From IMG/VR virus record IMGVR_UViG_3300025697_000003: DNA of 64,000 bases, one strand, 5' to 3'. This DNA comes from a virus. Every line of letters begins with the position of its first letter. Position 1 is the first letter of the stretch. A model generated the notes under the pieces. That model saw only the letters and a program-made list of their open reading frames with translations, made no database searches and had not been told where the DNA came from. This document shows positions 52,534 to 61,803 of the stretch, piece after piece. Position numbers and translations under genes: made by a program.

Positions 52534-54122
52534 CTAGACAGACGTTTTCAGGAAAAGAGGCAATTGCTGCATCGCGTGCGAAAGCCGGTGCGAATGCGTA
52601 TCAGTGGGCAAATTCCTATCGGGTCATGCCCGATGGATGCACCTACTCGCTATTTAATCCTGATCGGTATATGGAATACCTATATGAGATATATATTGAA
52701 GCATCTCGTCTTAGAATCCCAGGTGGTAGAATAACTGTAATGAAGAGCGTTCAGACCGGGTTCTCAGAATGGGCAATCAATATGGCATTATGGTTCATGG
52801 ATGTGAAGAAAGAACCCTGCCTGTACATGCTTCAGACGGACAAGCAGTTAGGTCCATTCGTACTCGCTAGGCTAGACCCTGCGATTGAGATCTCACCATA
52901 TATCAGAGAAGGATTCTCTGGAGAGGCTGATAGTGTTGGGCTAAAGATCGGATGGAAGCAACCAATATACTTCCGTGGTGCGAAGTCCCCAGGAAGCTTG
53001 GTTGAGTTCTCTGTCGGAATGGTAGTGCAGGACGAGAAAGACCAGATGGAGCCATTGGGCGTTGCTGCATCTCAAGGGCGTCTACAGGGAAGGAAACACA
53101 AATGGGTGCTGCGACTCTCTAACCCATCGATACCGGAACACGGCATTCACATCGATTACCTGGAAGGATCAAAGGGCGAACATGCTCTGTGGTGTGAGAA
53201 GTGCCAAGAGTACAAGGTCCCGAGGTGGCCTGACAGCGCGAACGTAAATCATCCGTATGATGTCATGTGCCCAGACTACGATCACGTCCTAGACAAGAAA
53301 AACGGTAAATGGATACACGAAGAGCCTGAGAATCCTCACAAGTCCTATTCAATGGGGCATTTTGCATCACCGACAGTACAGCCGATTGAAATGCTCGAGG
53401 AGTGGGAACTCATCCGAGGGGATCCTACGAAGATGGGCGCATTCTACAATCTACGGCTTGGACTTCCTTGGGCAGAGGCTGGAACGCGAATCACAGACGT
53501 ATCAGGCTTGCCATCGATGGGAGAGATGATCCCTTCCTACGATCGACAGAGCGTGATGGGCGTCGACGTAGGGACATTGCTCCATGTGGTAGTAAGGCGA
53601 TCGTATGGCGGCATCTTGTGGGCAGGGAATCTGGTTGGGAGTGCTCAGTGGGAAGAGCTTGGACGAATGATGCACGCATACAATGTTGACCATTGCGCGA
53701 TCGATGTCCGACCCGAGACGACGAAAGCCTCAGAGTTCGCAAGGCTATTCCCAGGAAGAGTCACTCTGGTCGAGTACAACCCCAATCCTATGGCCACGGA
53801 GGAGAAGTACGGGGAAAAGAACGGAGTACCTCTGTACAGCGGCCTGAGGACACCGATGATCGACAATGCAGTGGCGAAGATTCTTTCTAAGACTGAGGGA
53901 GTTCCGTCGAATCTACCGACAGACTTCTGGGACCACTTCAGGGCAGTATCAAGACAGTACGTGACGAGGGCGGACGGGGCTGTATACGTATCGTATGTGC
54001 ATACGAAGCCTGACCATTACGTCCATGCGTTCAACTACGCGGTATTTGCAGGGAGCCGATTCGAAGGCTCTGACGGTGAGAGGACACAGTTCTTCAGCCC
54101 GAGAGGGAGGGGGAGACGATGA
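52530..54122 (+). CDS. terL: Terminase large subunit, GpA-type
   Basis: Walker A-like VMKSVQTGFSEW and Walker B MVVQDEKD. GTG 52530 lies after GAGGAG and overlaps the HNH stop; ATG 52503 is an alternative start. Confidence 0.88.
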   Translation: MTRQTFSGKEAIAASRAKAGANAYQWANSYRVMPDGCTYSLFNPDRYMEYLYEIYIEASRLRIPGGRITVMKSVQTGFSEWAINMALWFMDVKKEPCLYMLQTDKQLGPFVLARLDPAIEISPYIREGFSGEADSVGLKIGWKQPIYFRGAKSPGSLVEFSVGMVVQDEKDQMEPLGVAASQGRLQGRKHKWVLRLSNPSIPEHGIHIDYLEGSKGEHALWCEKCQEYKVPRWPDSANVNHPYDVMCPDYDHVLDKKNGKWIHEEPENPHKSYSMGHFASPTVQPIEMLEEWELIRGDPTKMGAFYNLRLGLPWAEAGTRITDVSGLPSMGEMIPSYDRQSVMGVDVGTLLHVVVRRSYGGILWAGNLVGSAQWEELGRMMHAYNVDHCAIDVRPETTKASEFARLFPGRVTLVEYNPNPMATEEKYGEKNGVPLYSGLRTPMIDNAVAKILSKTEGVPSNLPTDFWDHFRAVSRQYVTRADGAVYVSYVHTKPDHYVHAFNYAVFAGSRFEGSDGERTQFFSPRGRGRR

Positions 54123-54472
54123 GCGAATGGGAGGCAGCAACGCCACTTGAGGTTGGACAATTCTACACGATCGATGGCGAACGTCGGCAGTGCATCAGTG
54201 GAGGTATGAACATGAATAAAGCGTGGATGAGAGATAAAGAAACGCGAGATAAAGTTGCCAGCGATATCCTTGTTTATGGGGGCGGATACGTGGTGGAGAA
54301 CAAAGATGGATCGTGTCCGATTAGAATCCATCCAGAAAGAATGGTCGCTATCCTAGACAAGAAAACGCACAAACCTATCGCGTATCGAACTGTGATAATG
54401 GGGCATGAAGTTACATACGAGCTAGAGAACGTATGGCACGGGCGGCTTACTGTAGAGGGAGATGAATCATGA
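54119..54472 (+). CDS. Hypothetical protein
   Basis: ATGA overlap with terL. 117 aa. Confidence 0.5.
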   Translation: MSEWEAATPLEVGQFYTIDGERRQCISGGMNMNKAWMRDKETRDKVASDILVYGGGYVVENKDGSCPIRIHPERMVAILDKKTHKPIAYRTVIMGHEVTYELENVWHGRLTVEGDES

Positions 54473-54723
54473 AACTGACGAAAGGCACGATACTGAAGGC
54501 GAAGGGCGGGTGGGACGCAGAGGTCGTTTGGGTAAGAACGATTGAGGGACACGGATTCTACGCGGTGCATAGACCAGGAGAAACGGATCCTACCTGCCCT
54601 GAGTCATGTCCAGTATGGCACAGGGCGAATGGCCATGCACATAGCCAGTTTGGTGTGCTGGAACCTCCATGTTACGGTGCTGGCCATCCGGCAGATCTTG
54701 AGATGGGGGATTACGAGCTATGA
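54469..54723 (+). CDS. Hypothetical protein
   Basis: ATGA overlap. 84 aa. Confidence 0.5.
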   Translation: MKLTKGTILKAKGGWDAEVVWVRTIEGHGFYAVHRPGETDPTCPESCPVWHRANGHAHSQFGVLEPPCYGAGHPADLEMGDYEL

Positions 54724-54983
54724 AACTGAAGAGATTCAGCGCGGTCGTGGTACTGGCATTAGTGGCTATCATGCTTGTGAGTTGTATGGGGCAACGAGCG
54801 ATCAGAGAAGGGATAAATACAGTATTCCCGAATGCGGATGGAATTCTTGGAGTAGACGACAATAATGAACTTTGGATGGTGCAAACGGAGGCAGAAGTGC
54901 TACTGGTCAAGTACATCCGAGGAAGTTATGGAGAGATGGAGAACTCGTTCAAAATACTGGCGCGAATGGAGATCGGACTATGA
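54720..54983 (+). CDS. Small lipoprotein
   Basis: Starts MKLKRFSAVVVLALVAIMLVSC (lipobox). ATGA overlap. Confidence 0.6.
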   Translation: MKLKRFSAVVVLALVAIMLVSCMGQRAIREGINTVFPNADGILGVDDNNELWMVQTEAEVLLVKYIRGSYGEMENSFKILARMEIGL

Positions 54984-55309
54984 AATACATAAGAGGGCAA
55001 GACGGCGGCATTTATTCTGTGTCACGTCTGAAGCCTCCATGCAGGCATACGCATGAAGGTGAAGCGATCTGGCGCATGTCTGTTGTGACGTGGAGCGGCG
55101 AGTACATCACGTATGCGACGTTCAGAACTGAGGCCCTGGCGATCAAGGCATACAAGTCTATGACAGATTTCATGCTCAGTTTCCAGAATATGATCGTCTT
55201 CAGACTAGGCGTTGACGGTGAAGCACCTACCTTGATAACTAAGGGGCAGTTAGATTGCACGGCTGTTGGGCCTGGAGGCACAGAGATTTATGGAAGGAGA
55301 CAGGAATGA
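54980..55309 (+). CDS. Hypothetical protein
   Basis: ATGA overlap. Starts MKYIRGQDGGIYS.... Confidence 0.5.
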   Translation: MKYIRGQDGGIYSVSRLKPPCRHTHEGEAIWRMSVVTWSGEYITYATFRTEALAIKAYKSMTDFMLSFQNMIVFRLGVDGEAPTLITKGQLDCTAVGPGGTEIYGRRQE

Positions 55310-55572
55310 CGACACCGCTTGATACGCTGTATAGCATTGGGAAGCTGTTCGTTTTCTTCGGCGCTGCGATGTTCGTGTGGCTGTCGATTCTTGGACAGCA
55401 GACGTACTGGATGCGTGCTAGGAACACTAAGATGAAGGATCTGCCGAAGAAGTATCGATTCTTGGCGAAGGCAGCTTACTACGAGTGCTGGTTCTTTGCC
55501 GGCTGGTTCGTGATATTCGTAACGGTGGCACTGTGCCGAGTTCTTTGGCGACTGGTAACTGTTGGGTGGTGA
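55306..55572 (+). CDS. Membrane protein (2 TM)
   Basis: ATGA overlap. Hydrophobic segments LFVFFGAAMFVWLSILG and CWFFAGWFVIFVTVALC. Confidence 0.5.
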   Translation: MTTPLDTLYSIGKLFVFFGAAMFVWLSILGQQTYWMRARNTKMKDLPKKYRFLAKAAYYECWFFAGWFVIFVTVALCRVLWRLVTVGW

Positions 55573-55787
55573 TGAAGATGAAAGTCCACATCAAGAAATC
55601 GGAGGCAGCGGCGTTATTGGTCCCTATTGGTCATGCGTGGGATTCTGGCGTGTTCTGTCCTTCATGGAAGGATGTTGATGTTGTCAAGCGGATATTTATT
55701 AACTGGCCTGAGTTGCTAACGGAAGGATGGGATTGGCTTCTGCCGTTGATGGCTGGCAAGGATAACGATAAGGAGAATCATGAGTGA
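55572..55787 (+). CDS. Hypothetical protein
   Basis: TGATG overlap. 71 aa. Confidence 0.45.
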   Translation: MKMKVHIKKSEAAALLVPIGHAWDSGVFCPSWKDVDVVKRIFINWPELLTEGWDWLLPLMAGKDNDKENHE

Positions 55788-56295
55788 CGCAACCAAATTA
55801 AGGAACAAAGAGGTATTGGACCTATGCAGGAACTTCCTCGACGCAGTTCAGAAACGTGAAGATTGGCATCCGTTCGCGCAGTTGGGAGCCCGACAGAAGA
55901 AATCACCGCCAAATATCCCAGCATTCCAGTCGTTCAAGGTGCTGATGACGCAGCATCCTGGTAAGGGATTTGATGACGATCAGATGCGAACCGTCTGGAT
56001 TGAGATCACGCTTGGAGGGAACGAGAGGCTGAAGCTGCAGAGAGTCCCTGCGAAGCTGCTGGCCGTCAGAGAGATTGGCTGGGAGCAGTGTGACCGCTGT
56101 GAAGGTGAAGGAAGCACTGAGGAAGAAGAAGTCTGTGATAAGTGCAGAGGCACTGGCAAGGTAGAGATACAGCCTCCGAGGATTCCTCAGAAGGGGACTG
56201 ATACCTATGAGTACGACAACGAACATGCTGTTTGGGGTATCTGCCCGACGAGTTTCAAGTGGCGTGAGGGTGAGCGAAGGCTCGTCAAACTGTAA
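55780..56295 (+). CDS. Hypothetical protein with DnaJ-type zinc finger
   Basis: Contains CDRCEGEG....CDKCRGTG. Confidence 0.5.
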   Translation: MSDATKLRNKEVLDLCRNFLDAVQKREDWHPFAQLGARQKKSPPNIPAFQSFKVLMTQHPGKGFDDDQMRTVWIEITLGGNERLKLQRVPAKLLAVREIGWEQCDRCEGEGSTEEEEVCDKCRGTGKVEIQPPRIPQKGTDTYEYDNEHAVWGICPTSFKWREGERRLVKL

Positions 56296-56519
56296 TGGCG
56301 TTGAGTCGTGATCAGATAAGGCAGTTGTCCATTGAGACGAGCATGGTAGCTGTGCAAAATGTCTCATTTATTGGACATACTGGCCTTATCACATTGAAGA
56401 TGCACAACGGAATTGTTCAGAGGGTGTGGGCTGGTACTCCTGCAGGCTTGCTATTATGGGTCCAGGGGCAGCAATTGATCCACCTTGTGCCTAACGCGGA
56501 GTTGCCGCTGAAGCATTGA
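56295..56519 (+). CDS. Hypothetical protein
   Basis: TAATG overlap. 74 aa. Confidence 0.45.
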   Translation: MALSRDQIRQLSIETSMVAVQNVSFIGHTGLITLKMHNGIVQRVWAGTPAGLLLWVQGQQLIHLVPNAELPLKH

Positions 56520-56535
56520 TGAGGAGTGGTTCTAG

Positions 56536-56703
56536 ATGAAAGAGCAGCGTATCCCTATGTCGGGTGGTGACGAATACGATGCGCTTACGCAGTGGAAGAA
56601 CGTCTGTTATTGGCAATCAGGTGAGCGCAAACGGATCAAGCGCAAATACCGGAAGCGCGTCAGGCGGCTATGGCGTGAAAACCGCAACCGGAAAAACACG
56701 TAG
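56536..56703 (+). CDS. Small basic protein (55 aa)
   Basis: GAGGAG lies 9 nt upstream. Contains GGDEYDALTQWKNVCYWQSGERKRIKRKYRKRVRR. Below the track cutoff. Confidence 0.5.
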   Translation: MKEQRIPMSGGDEYDALTQWKNVCYWQSGERKRIKRKYRKRVRRLWRENRNRKNT

Positions 56704-56709
56704 AGGCTA

Positions 56710-56738
56710 TTGACATCTACCATGTAAGTCGCTAGACT
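56710..56738 (+). promoter_or_regulatory. Strong sigma70-like promoter (copy 1 of duplicated AGGCTATTGACAT)
   Basis: TTGACA-17 nt-TAGACT. The HNH GTG start lies only 10 nt after the -10 hexamer. Confidence 0.6.
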
Positions 56739-56747
56739 GTCCTTGAC

Positions 56748-57347
56748 GTGAGAAAACACAAGGATACGGCATTACCTATATTTGGCGGCACGGAGGGGGC
56801 CATCAGTGCCCAACCAAGTCTCACGTCACTCCGTGTCGCTGATGAATTGATCGACAAGAAAGCCAAGAGACGTGCCTACTACGCAAAGAACCGAGAGAAG
56901 ATTCTCGCTCAAAGGACCGCCAGGTATGCAGCAAATCCCGAGAAGCTCATCGCTCGCCAGAAAGCATACAACGATACACACAAGGAAGAGGTACATGCCT
57001 ATCAAGTGGCATATCGAGCGTCTCACAAGGAACAGCGCCACGCATACTACGCCGCTCATCTGCCAGAAAACGCAGCATATGCGTCAGTACGAAGAGCTAG
57101 GATAGCTGGCTCAATCATCGGTGATCGCGCAGAGATTGCTGAGATTTATCGCAAGGCGAAGGAAGATCCTAAAGTGCGATGCTATATCTGCAACAAGATG
57201 ATTCGTATGGGTGACAGGCATGTAGATCACATTTTCCCAGTTAGCAAAGGATTCCCAACAAGGCCATCTAATTTAGCAATCGCGTGCAGCAGATGCAATC
57301 GGGCAAAAGGCGCGAAGCATCCTAACGAACTAGGAATGCTGATATGA
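56748..57347 (+). CDS. HNH endonuclease with N-terminal helical Tyr/Lys repeats
   Basis: Repeats AYYAKNREK, ARYAANPEK, KAYNDTHKE and AYRASHKE. HNH core CYIC....RHVDHIFPVSKG....NLAIACSRCNRAKG. Confidence 0.8.
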   Translation: MRKHKDTALPIFGGTEGAISAQPSLTSLRVADELIDKKAKRRAYYAKNREKILAQRTARYAANPEKLIARQKAYNDTHKEEVHAYQVAYRASHKEQRHAYYAAHLPENAAYASVRRARIAGSIIGDRAEIAEIYRKAKEDPKVRCYICNKMIRMGDRHVDHIFPVSKGFPTRPSNLAIACSRCNRAKGAKHPNELGMLI

Positions 57348-57362
57348 TAGATGAGTAGGCTA

Positions 57363-57391
57363 TTGACATAAGAGGCAGAATGCTGTAGGTT
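57363..57391 (+). promoter_or_regulatory. Strong sigma70-like promoter (copy 2)
   Basis: TTGACA-17 nt-TAGGTT. The same 13-nt AGGCTATTGACAT as at 56704. Confidence 0.6.
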
Positions 57392-57414
57392 GTAGTCGAG
57401 CAAGTATACGAAGG

Positions 57415-57457
57415 CTCCTGGCGAACAAAACGTTCGTCGAGGAGTCTCTTTGTTTTT
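57415..57457 (+). terminator. Leader hairpin + U tract (attenuator/terminator candidate)
   Basis: CTCCT..CGAAC-aaaa-GTTCG..AGGAG followed by TCTCTTTGTTTTT. Lies between the promoter and the SD of gene 57470. Confidence 0.45.
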
Positions 57458-57469
57458 CAGGAGGGCAAG

Positions 57470-57874
57470 ATGGCGGATACAGCGACGTCTACACCAGTAG
57501 AATCAGGCGACAACATATCTAATCAGCAGTCAGGAAAACCTCGAGCGATGTTGTCGACATTCGTTGCCAACGATACCGATTTCCATTTCATGGAAGTCGA
57601 TATGAGCGTGAATGGTGGATTGACTTATGGTGCAACGAATCCCAGCAACCAGATCCTGACGATCACTCTCTACGGAGCATTCGAATCCGGCGTTGATCCA
57701 GCAGGAGCAGCAGCATTCCCAATCGATATTACTGGATTCACTGTTCCTGCGGGTGAATCAGAGTACACGACCACAACCGATAAATTCCCATTTTATCTCA
57801 TCAGATGCACATTCGCTGTGGTTCCTGACGGCAAAACAGTGACGATCAAGACTTGCAGTTGGGAAACGAACTAG
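57470..57874 (+). CDS. Hypothetical structural-module protein
   Basis: CAGGAGGG upstream. 134 aa, beta-rich. Confidence 0.55.
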   Translation: MADTATSTPVESGDNISNQQSGKPRAMLSTFVANDTDFHFMEVDMSVNGGLTYGATNPSNQILTITLYGAFESGVDPAGAAAFPIDITGFTVPAGESEYTTTTDKFPFYLIRCTFAVVPDGKTVTIKTCSWETN

Positions 57875-57883
57875 GGAGGAGAC

Positions 57884-59839
57884 ATGGCGGGATTCGGAGC
57901 GGTAGGTAAATCGGCACAGAATCTAGGGTTTCTCATGGCGACTGCCGATGCGTCGCTTCTTCACGTTATTGACGACAGCGCGATGGCACAGCTATTAGCA
58001 ATCGGTGGAGACGCATCTGACTTCGACGACACGACCGACTCTCTTGAAGCAATCTCCAACGCGATCTCTGCTATTCCTGGCGGAACGTGTGATGCCTTCC
58101 TAGCGTCTGTAGGCGGTCTCCTTACCACAGCAGCGGCAACAGGGGCTGTAGGTGTAGGTACGACGCTAATGGGCTATGAGAAGCAGATAGTAACCGCCAT
58201 CCTCGATGGAACGTATGGCCTCTCTGCACTACAGGTTGATATATCGGGAATACCGACAACGATGGTAGGCACGAACTCATCCTTCCTGGAATCGGTCGGC
58301 GGTCTTCTGACCACAGTGGCAGCGACGGGGGCTGTCGACACCGCAACTCCAATGATGGGATATATGAAGCAGGTCGTAAACTTCACAGAGAGCGGCGGGG
58401 CTACGAATGTTCCGCAGTTTGTAGGCACTCTAGCGTATGCTGATGCTTCTGCTTCTGACGATACTGGTAGCGGATTGACTCCAAGCGCACCTAAGAAGAC
58501 TATTGCTGCTGCTCAGGTAGTCGCAGGGATTGGTGGGGCTGTAACGATCAAGGCAGGAACCTACGCAGAAGACGTAGCGATGAGTTACGCCGCGCAGGAG
58601 CTATGGCCTGAGATTGGGACTGTATTCGATGGCACTGGTCCGTGTATCACGATCTCTGCTGCAAACTGCAAACTTGGGCGACCTGGAGATAGATTCCAGA
58701 TCACACCGGCAGCAGATCAGATTGGCGTTGTTACTACAGCCGCAGGTACTGGCTCATTCATCAATGGCGCGATGGTAGTTGGGTCGGCAAGTGCCGGAGG
58801 ATTTGACATCAATGGCTCAGGTGCTGAGTTGCATTGGTGCCGTGCTACTGGCATGAAGGCAGGCGCTAAGGCTTTCGATTCAAGCGTGTCGCAGTTCAAA
58901 TGGATAAACTGTTCAACGACAGGGAATACGACCTCTTACGGTTTCTATGCAGGTGGTGCGACGATCTCAAGAGGGCTTATACTCAATTGCACATCTGTTG
59001 GGCATCAGACATCCGGCTTCTACTTGGACACAGGCGTATCGCTTATAACAGTAAACGACTGTTCATCAGGTGGAGGCGACGGTGGTAAAGTAGACAGCGG
59101 AACGAACAACATGTGGGGCAACTTCGTTGATCGACTTAACGACGAACACCATGAGCATATCTATCCTCGATGCACTGGGCAGGGCGCGGCTGGCAATCCA
59201 ATATCTGTGGCGAATGCCACCACTGACGGTGCAGGTGGAACCCGCGACGATCAGGACTATTGGGGAGATGTTGCGACGATCATCCCCATGTCAACTATTA
59301 CAACTATCTGGAACGCAGTTGGCGTATACATCCATGCGAATACAGCATCAGACATTCAACAGTGGGACATATTCTTCCCAAGGACAGCTTACAGCTCTGC
59401 TCAGAATGGCGGTAACGATTGGGACGAGAACGAAACTGCGTTGACTGTTGCCGATGGCACAATATTTGAAGACGGCGACTTCGTTTGGATCACTGGCACT
59501 GACAGAGCGGCTGGCGAGATCGTGAAGGTCAGCGGAGCTCCTGCTGGCAATGTCGTGACTATTGCGAGAGAGACTACCGCAGACGCAGAGGCTGGATTGC
59601 GGTACAACTACGATGGCACTCCTGGTGCTAACACCATGTACGTTGCGAGTCGTCCTGGTACTCCTTCTCTGCACAGGATCGAAGGCGACTTCAGCGCGGC
59701 GACGACAAGGGATATGAAGGCATACCGATGGCACGAGGCAAGAGAGATGCCTCCGAATACAGGAATGATTATGCGTATGCTAAATGCTACTGATGGTGGC
59801 GCAAGTTCGTTCGACACACGCGCCATCTACGAAGACTAA
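57884..59839 (+). CDS. Right-handed beta-helix protein (tailspike/depolymerase-like)
   Basis: 651 aa. Duplicated FL(A/E)SVGGLLTT.AATGAV....MGY.KQ(I/V)V. Beta-helix-like turns (NCSTTGNTTSYGFYAGG, NCTSVGHQTSGFYLDTG, NDCSSGGGDGG). Confidence 0.6.
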   Translation: MAGFGAVGKSAQNLGFLMATADASLLHVIDDSAMAQLLAIGGDASDFDDTTDSLEAISNAISAIPGGTCDAFLASVGGLLTTAAATGAVGVGTTLMGYEKQIVTAILDGTYGLSALQVDISGIPTTMVGTNSSFLESVGGLLTTVAATGAVDTATPMMGYMKQVVNFTESGGATNVPQFVGTLAYADASASDDTGSGLTPSAPKKTIAAAQVVAGIGGAVTIKAGTYAEDVAMSYAAQELWPEIGTVFDGTGPCITISAANCKLGRPGDRFQITPAADQIGVVTTAAGTGSFINGAMVVGSASAGGFDINGSGAELHWCRATGMKAGAKAFDSSVSQFKWINCSTTGNTTSYGFYAGGATISRGLILNCTSVGHQTSGFYLDTGVSLITVNDCSSGGGDGGKVDSGTNNMWGNFVDRLNDEHHEHIYPRCTGQGAAGNPISVANATTDGAGGTRDDQDYWGDVATIIPMSTITTIWNAVGVYIHANTASDIQQWDIFFPRTAYSSAQNGGNDWDENETALTVADGTIFEDGDFVWITGTDRAAGEIVKVSGAPAGNVVTIARETTADAEAGLRYNYDGTPGANTMYVASRPGTPSLHRIEGDFSAATTRDMKAYRWHEAREMPPNTGMIMRMLNATDGGASSFDTRAIYED

Positions 59840-59854
59840 GCATAGGAGGTGCCT

Positions 59855-59974
59855 GTGAAGGCGACAGCGCACACACAATGGCAAGTCATGAAAGAACGAC
59901 TGGTGAAAGTGTGGAAGCGGATCAAAGCATGGGTACTGAAGATACTGAACGCAATTGCAAACGTTGAATTTTGA
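59855..59974 (+). CDS. Possible small amphipathic protein (39 aa)
   Basis: GTG lies 5-6 nt after AGGAGG. Translation is (M)KATAHTQWQVMKERLVKVWKRIKAWVLKILNAIANVEF. Confidence 0.35.
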   Translation: MKATAHTQWQVMKERLVKVWKRIKAWVLKILNAIANVEF

Positions 59975-59984
59975 AGAGGTGAAC

Positions 59985-60320
59985 ATGACTGAGAACTTGA
60001 CGGAGACTGTGGCAGAGAGCATGACGGCGCATATCTTCCATGAGCAGATTCAGCTTATGAAAGACACGCTCGACCGCGGACTGATGATATATCAGGGAGA
60101 TAAGACCAATCGCGGGTACAGGCACTACAAGCAGGAGACGATGAGAACGTTCCATGCGTTCATCGACGCCTTCTGGGGAACACTGCTCAAGGATGGATTG
60201 GTAGAGGTATGCCAGTGCGGGGCGCCCACGCGACGGTGGAGCGAATGCCCGTGCTGCGGCGGTTCAGGGTTCAAGGTAGTAGAGGAGGACTCTAGTGGGC
60301 TTCATGAAAGCACTGGATAG
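59985..60320 (+). CDS. Hypothetical protein with C-terminal Cys cluster
   Basis: ATG 59985 follows GAGGTG. Contains CQCG....CPCCGGSG. Confidence 0.5.
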   Translation: MTENLTETVAESMTAHIFHEQIQLMKDTLDRGLMIYQGDKTNRGYRHYKQETMRTFHAFIDAFWGTLLKDGLVEVCQCGAPTRRWSECPCCGGSGFKVVEEDSSGLHESTG

Positions 60321-61698
60321 GGCATTAGGCACCCCCGTCAAAGAAGCGGCGGAGATGACCCCCAGCCGATTAGTTAGCCAGGAGCGCCCGAGCTACAACG
60401 ACGGGCGCGTTACTCGTCCTGCTGGCCTCCAGAATATCTTCAACGCTTTCAAAGAGGATCCTGCTGTCTTTACCGCGATTGAGAGAATTGGTGCGTCGAT
60501 CGCAGACATCCCTCTTATCATGATCGAAGCGGAACAGGCAAAGGAAGATCGCAAGTTCGTCAGCGCACGCCACTTCCACGCAGCGTCACGGTCTAAGACC
60601 TACGCTGGCGTGATGGAGAAATGGGCGTCGATCGAAGGCGGACGAGTGATCAGGCAAGATCCTATTCTCGACATGCTGGCGAATCCCTGTCCCTCTGCCG
60701 GTGTGTCGGGAAACCTCATGAAGCGTGCCATTGTCGCGTACATGGAGCTTACTGGCATGGCCTACGTCGAGAAGCTCTACGATCCCAAGGACGATAAGAA
60801 GGTCACTGGCCTCTGGCCGTTGATCAACCCTCTCAAGATGCAGGTTATTGCTGGAAAGACACGGCTCATTGATGGGTACGTGTGGAATGGTTCGAGAGGC
60901 GCTGTCGTTTTCAAACCAGAAGATATGATTTACTTCCGCAGCTTCAATCCAGATACCCCGTACTACGGCTACTCACCAACGCAGGTACTGCGCGTAGTCA
61001 TCGGTACTGATCTCAAGGCCCTGAACTGGAATGCTGTGTTCTTTGCCAATTCCGCTAGGCCAGAAGGCATCTTATCATCCGATCAATACCTCAACGATGG
61101 GGATGTAGAGATGATCATGCAGACCTGGGATGACAACCACAGGGGAGAGGAAAACCAGAGCAGACCTGCTGTTATGGGAAAAGGCATGAAATGGCTTCCA
61201 ACTGGATCTAGCCACCGTGATATGGATTTCCCGTCTCTACGTCGTTACAGCAAGGAAGAGATCCTTGGATCATACGGAGTTCCTCCTATAGTTGCAGGGG
61301 ATTATACTGATGCTAACCGGGCGTCTTCTGAGATAATGTACCGATTATACTATGAAAATGGCATACTCCCTCGATGCGACGTGATGGAAGACTTCTGGAA
61401 TACCGCATTGATGGAGCCAGGGAGCGGCAAGCGCATTGTCTACGATCTCGGAGCTATCGAAGCATTGAAAGGAGACGTCCTCGAGATGGCCAAGGTGTCG
61501 GCCAGGGTGAAAGAGGAATTCTCAGTCAACGAACGAAGGGTCTTCCTTTGGAATCTTCCGATTATCAAGGGGAACGACGGTAATGCTCTGTGGGATCCGA
61601 AGCGAGAGGAAATCATTGGATACGCTCCGATTCCATCAGAGGTTGCAAGCGAGAATCAATTGACGGCTGGTGATGGAACAACTGGTGGACCTGAATAA
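60295..61698 (+). CDS. Portal protein (HK97/Phage_portal type)
   Basis: GTG lies 6 nt after GAGGAGG. Contains GYSPTQVL...FFANSARPEGIL...TWDDNHRG..N...PAVMGKGMKW...DMDF...R.YSKEEILGSYGVPP. Confidence 0.88.
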   Translation: MGFMKALDRALGTPVKEAAEMTPSRLVSQERPSYNDGRVTRPAGLQNIFNAFKEDPAVFTAIERIGASIADIPLIMIEAEQAKEDRKFVSARHFHAASRSKTYAGVMEKWASIEGGRVIRQDPILDMLANPCPSAGVSGNLMKRAIVAYMELTGMAYVEKLYDPKDDKKVTGLWPLINPLKMQVIAGKTRLIDGYVWNGSRGAVVFKPEDMIYFRSFNPDTPYYGYSPTQVLRVVIGTDLKALNWNAVFFANSARPEGILSSDQYLNDGDVEMIMQTWDDNHRGEENQSRPAVMGKGMKWLPTGSSHRDMDFPSLRRYSKEEILGSYGVPPIVAGDYTDANRASSEIMYRLYYENGILPRCDVMEDFWNTALMEPGSGKRIVYDLGAIEALKGDVLEMAKVSARVKEEFSVNERRVFLWNLPIIKGNDGNALWDPKREEIIGYAPIPSEVASENQLTAGDGTTGGPE

Positions 61699-61802
61699 TG
61701 GGCGCGGATCTCACAAACCTTGTGAATGCACAGGACATGAAGAGCAGACGGATAGCGGACAAGAAGGACATATTGCTATTACAGCATAAGGTAGGTGGGT
61801 AG
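61698..61802 (+). CDS. Possible small protein (34 aa)
   Basis: TAATG overlap with the portal stop. Translation is MGADLTNLVNAQDMKSRRIADKKDILLLQHKVGG. Confidence 0.3.
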   Translation: MGADLTNLVNAQDMKSRRIADKKDILLLQHKVGG

Positions 61803-61803
61803 G

